A stretch of 64,000 nucleotides of DNA from Octopus sinensis. Taxonomy: Eukaryota. The stretch covers positions 39,990,001 to 40,054,000 of the forward strand of contig NC_042998.1 of NCBI RefSeq assembly GCF_006345805.1. Reading direction: 5' to 3'. Shown here one piece after another: positions 63,940 through 64,000 of this stretch. The notes under the pieces are model-generated. The model was not told the DNA's origin. It ran no database searches and was given only the letters and a program-made list of their open reading frames with translations. Within the stretch, counting starts at the first letter, position 1. The number at the start of each line of letters is the position of its first letter. The position numbers were made by a program, and so were the translations under genes.

Positions 63940-64000
63940 AGGCAAGTGTATAATGCCAGTACTTAAAGCATGCCTAGAACATTAGTTGTGTGTCATAGAT

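Noticed and set aside
57263-64000. Search for the MAN1B1 TM/stem exons, including hydrophobic ORFs 58450-58725 and 63112-63342 and a donor at about 57805
   Set aside because: No candidate had both splice signals and the required phase-1 end; these exons probably lie outside the window.

Overview
AT-rich, intron-containing animal DNA. The SINE families, (TA)n/(CA)n/(CATA)n microsatellites and RTE-type LINE suggest a cephalopod, probably Octopus (inference, no database search possible). The main gene is an ER class I alpha-1,2-mannosidase (GH47, MAN1B1-like) on the minus strand. Seven coding exons (57262 to 36793) splice in frame with GT-AG boundaries into 455 aa; the N-terminal TM/stem exons were not found and probably lie beyond the right edge. 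A second, unidentified minus-strand gene appears to start near 5.4-5.7 kb and run off the left edge. The rest is transposon-derived: a near-intact RTE LINE (two -1 frameshifts, no nonsense codons, PHD-like finger inside the RT) antisense in a 14.5 kb MAN1B1 intron, older RTE relics, a 5'-truncated Tx1/L1 LINE inserted into a SINE with a 14-bp TSD, several Helitrons including a head-to-tail dimer, Tc1 and mariner relics, piggyBac-type MITEs, a CR1-like 3' fragment, and an inverted pair of gag zinc-knuckle fragments. No CRISPR, rRNA or true tRNA gene was seen. I found no clear new protein-coding system. The best leads are a possible SINE-targeting Tx1, a nested fold-back with mirrored splice donors at 2.7-2.9 kb, the near-intact RTE and the Helitron concatemer. 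Exon, TSD and TIR coordinates were counted by hand; decayed-element boundaries are approximate.
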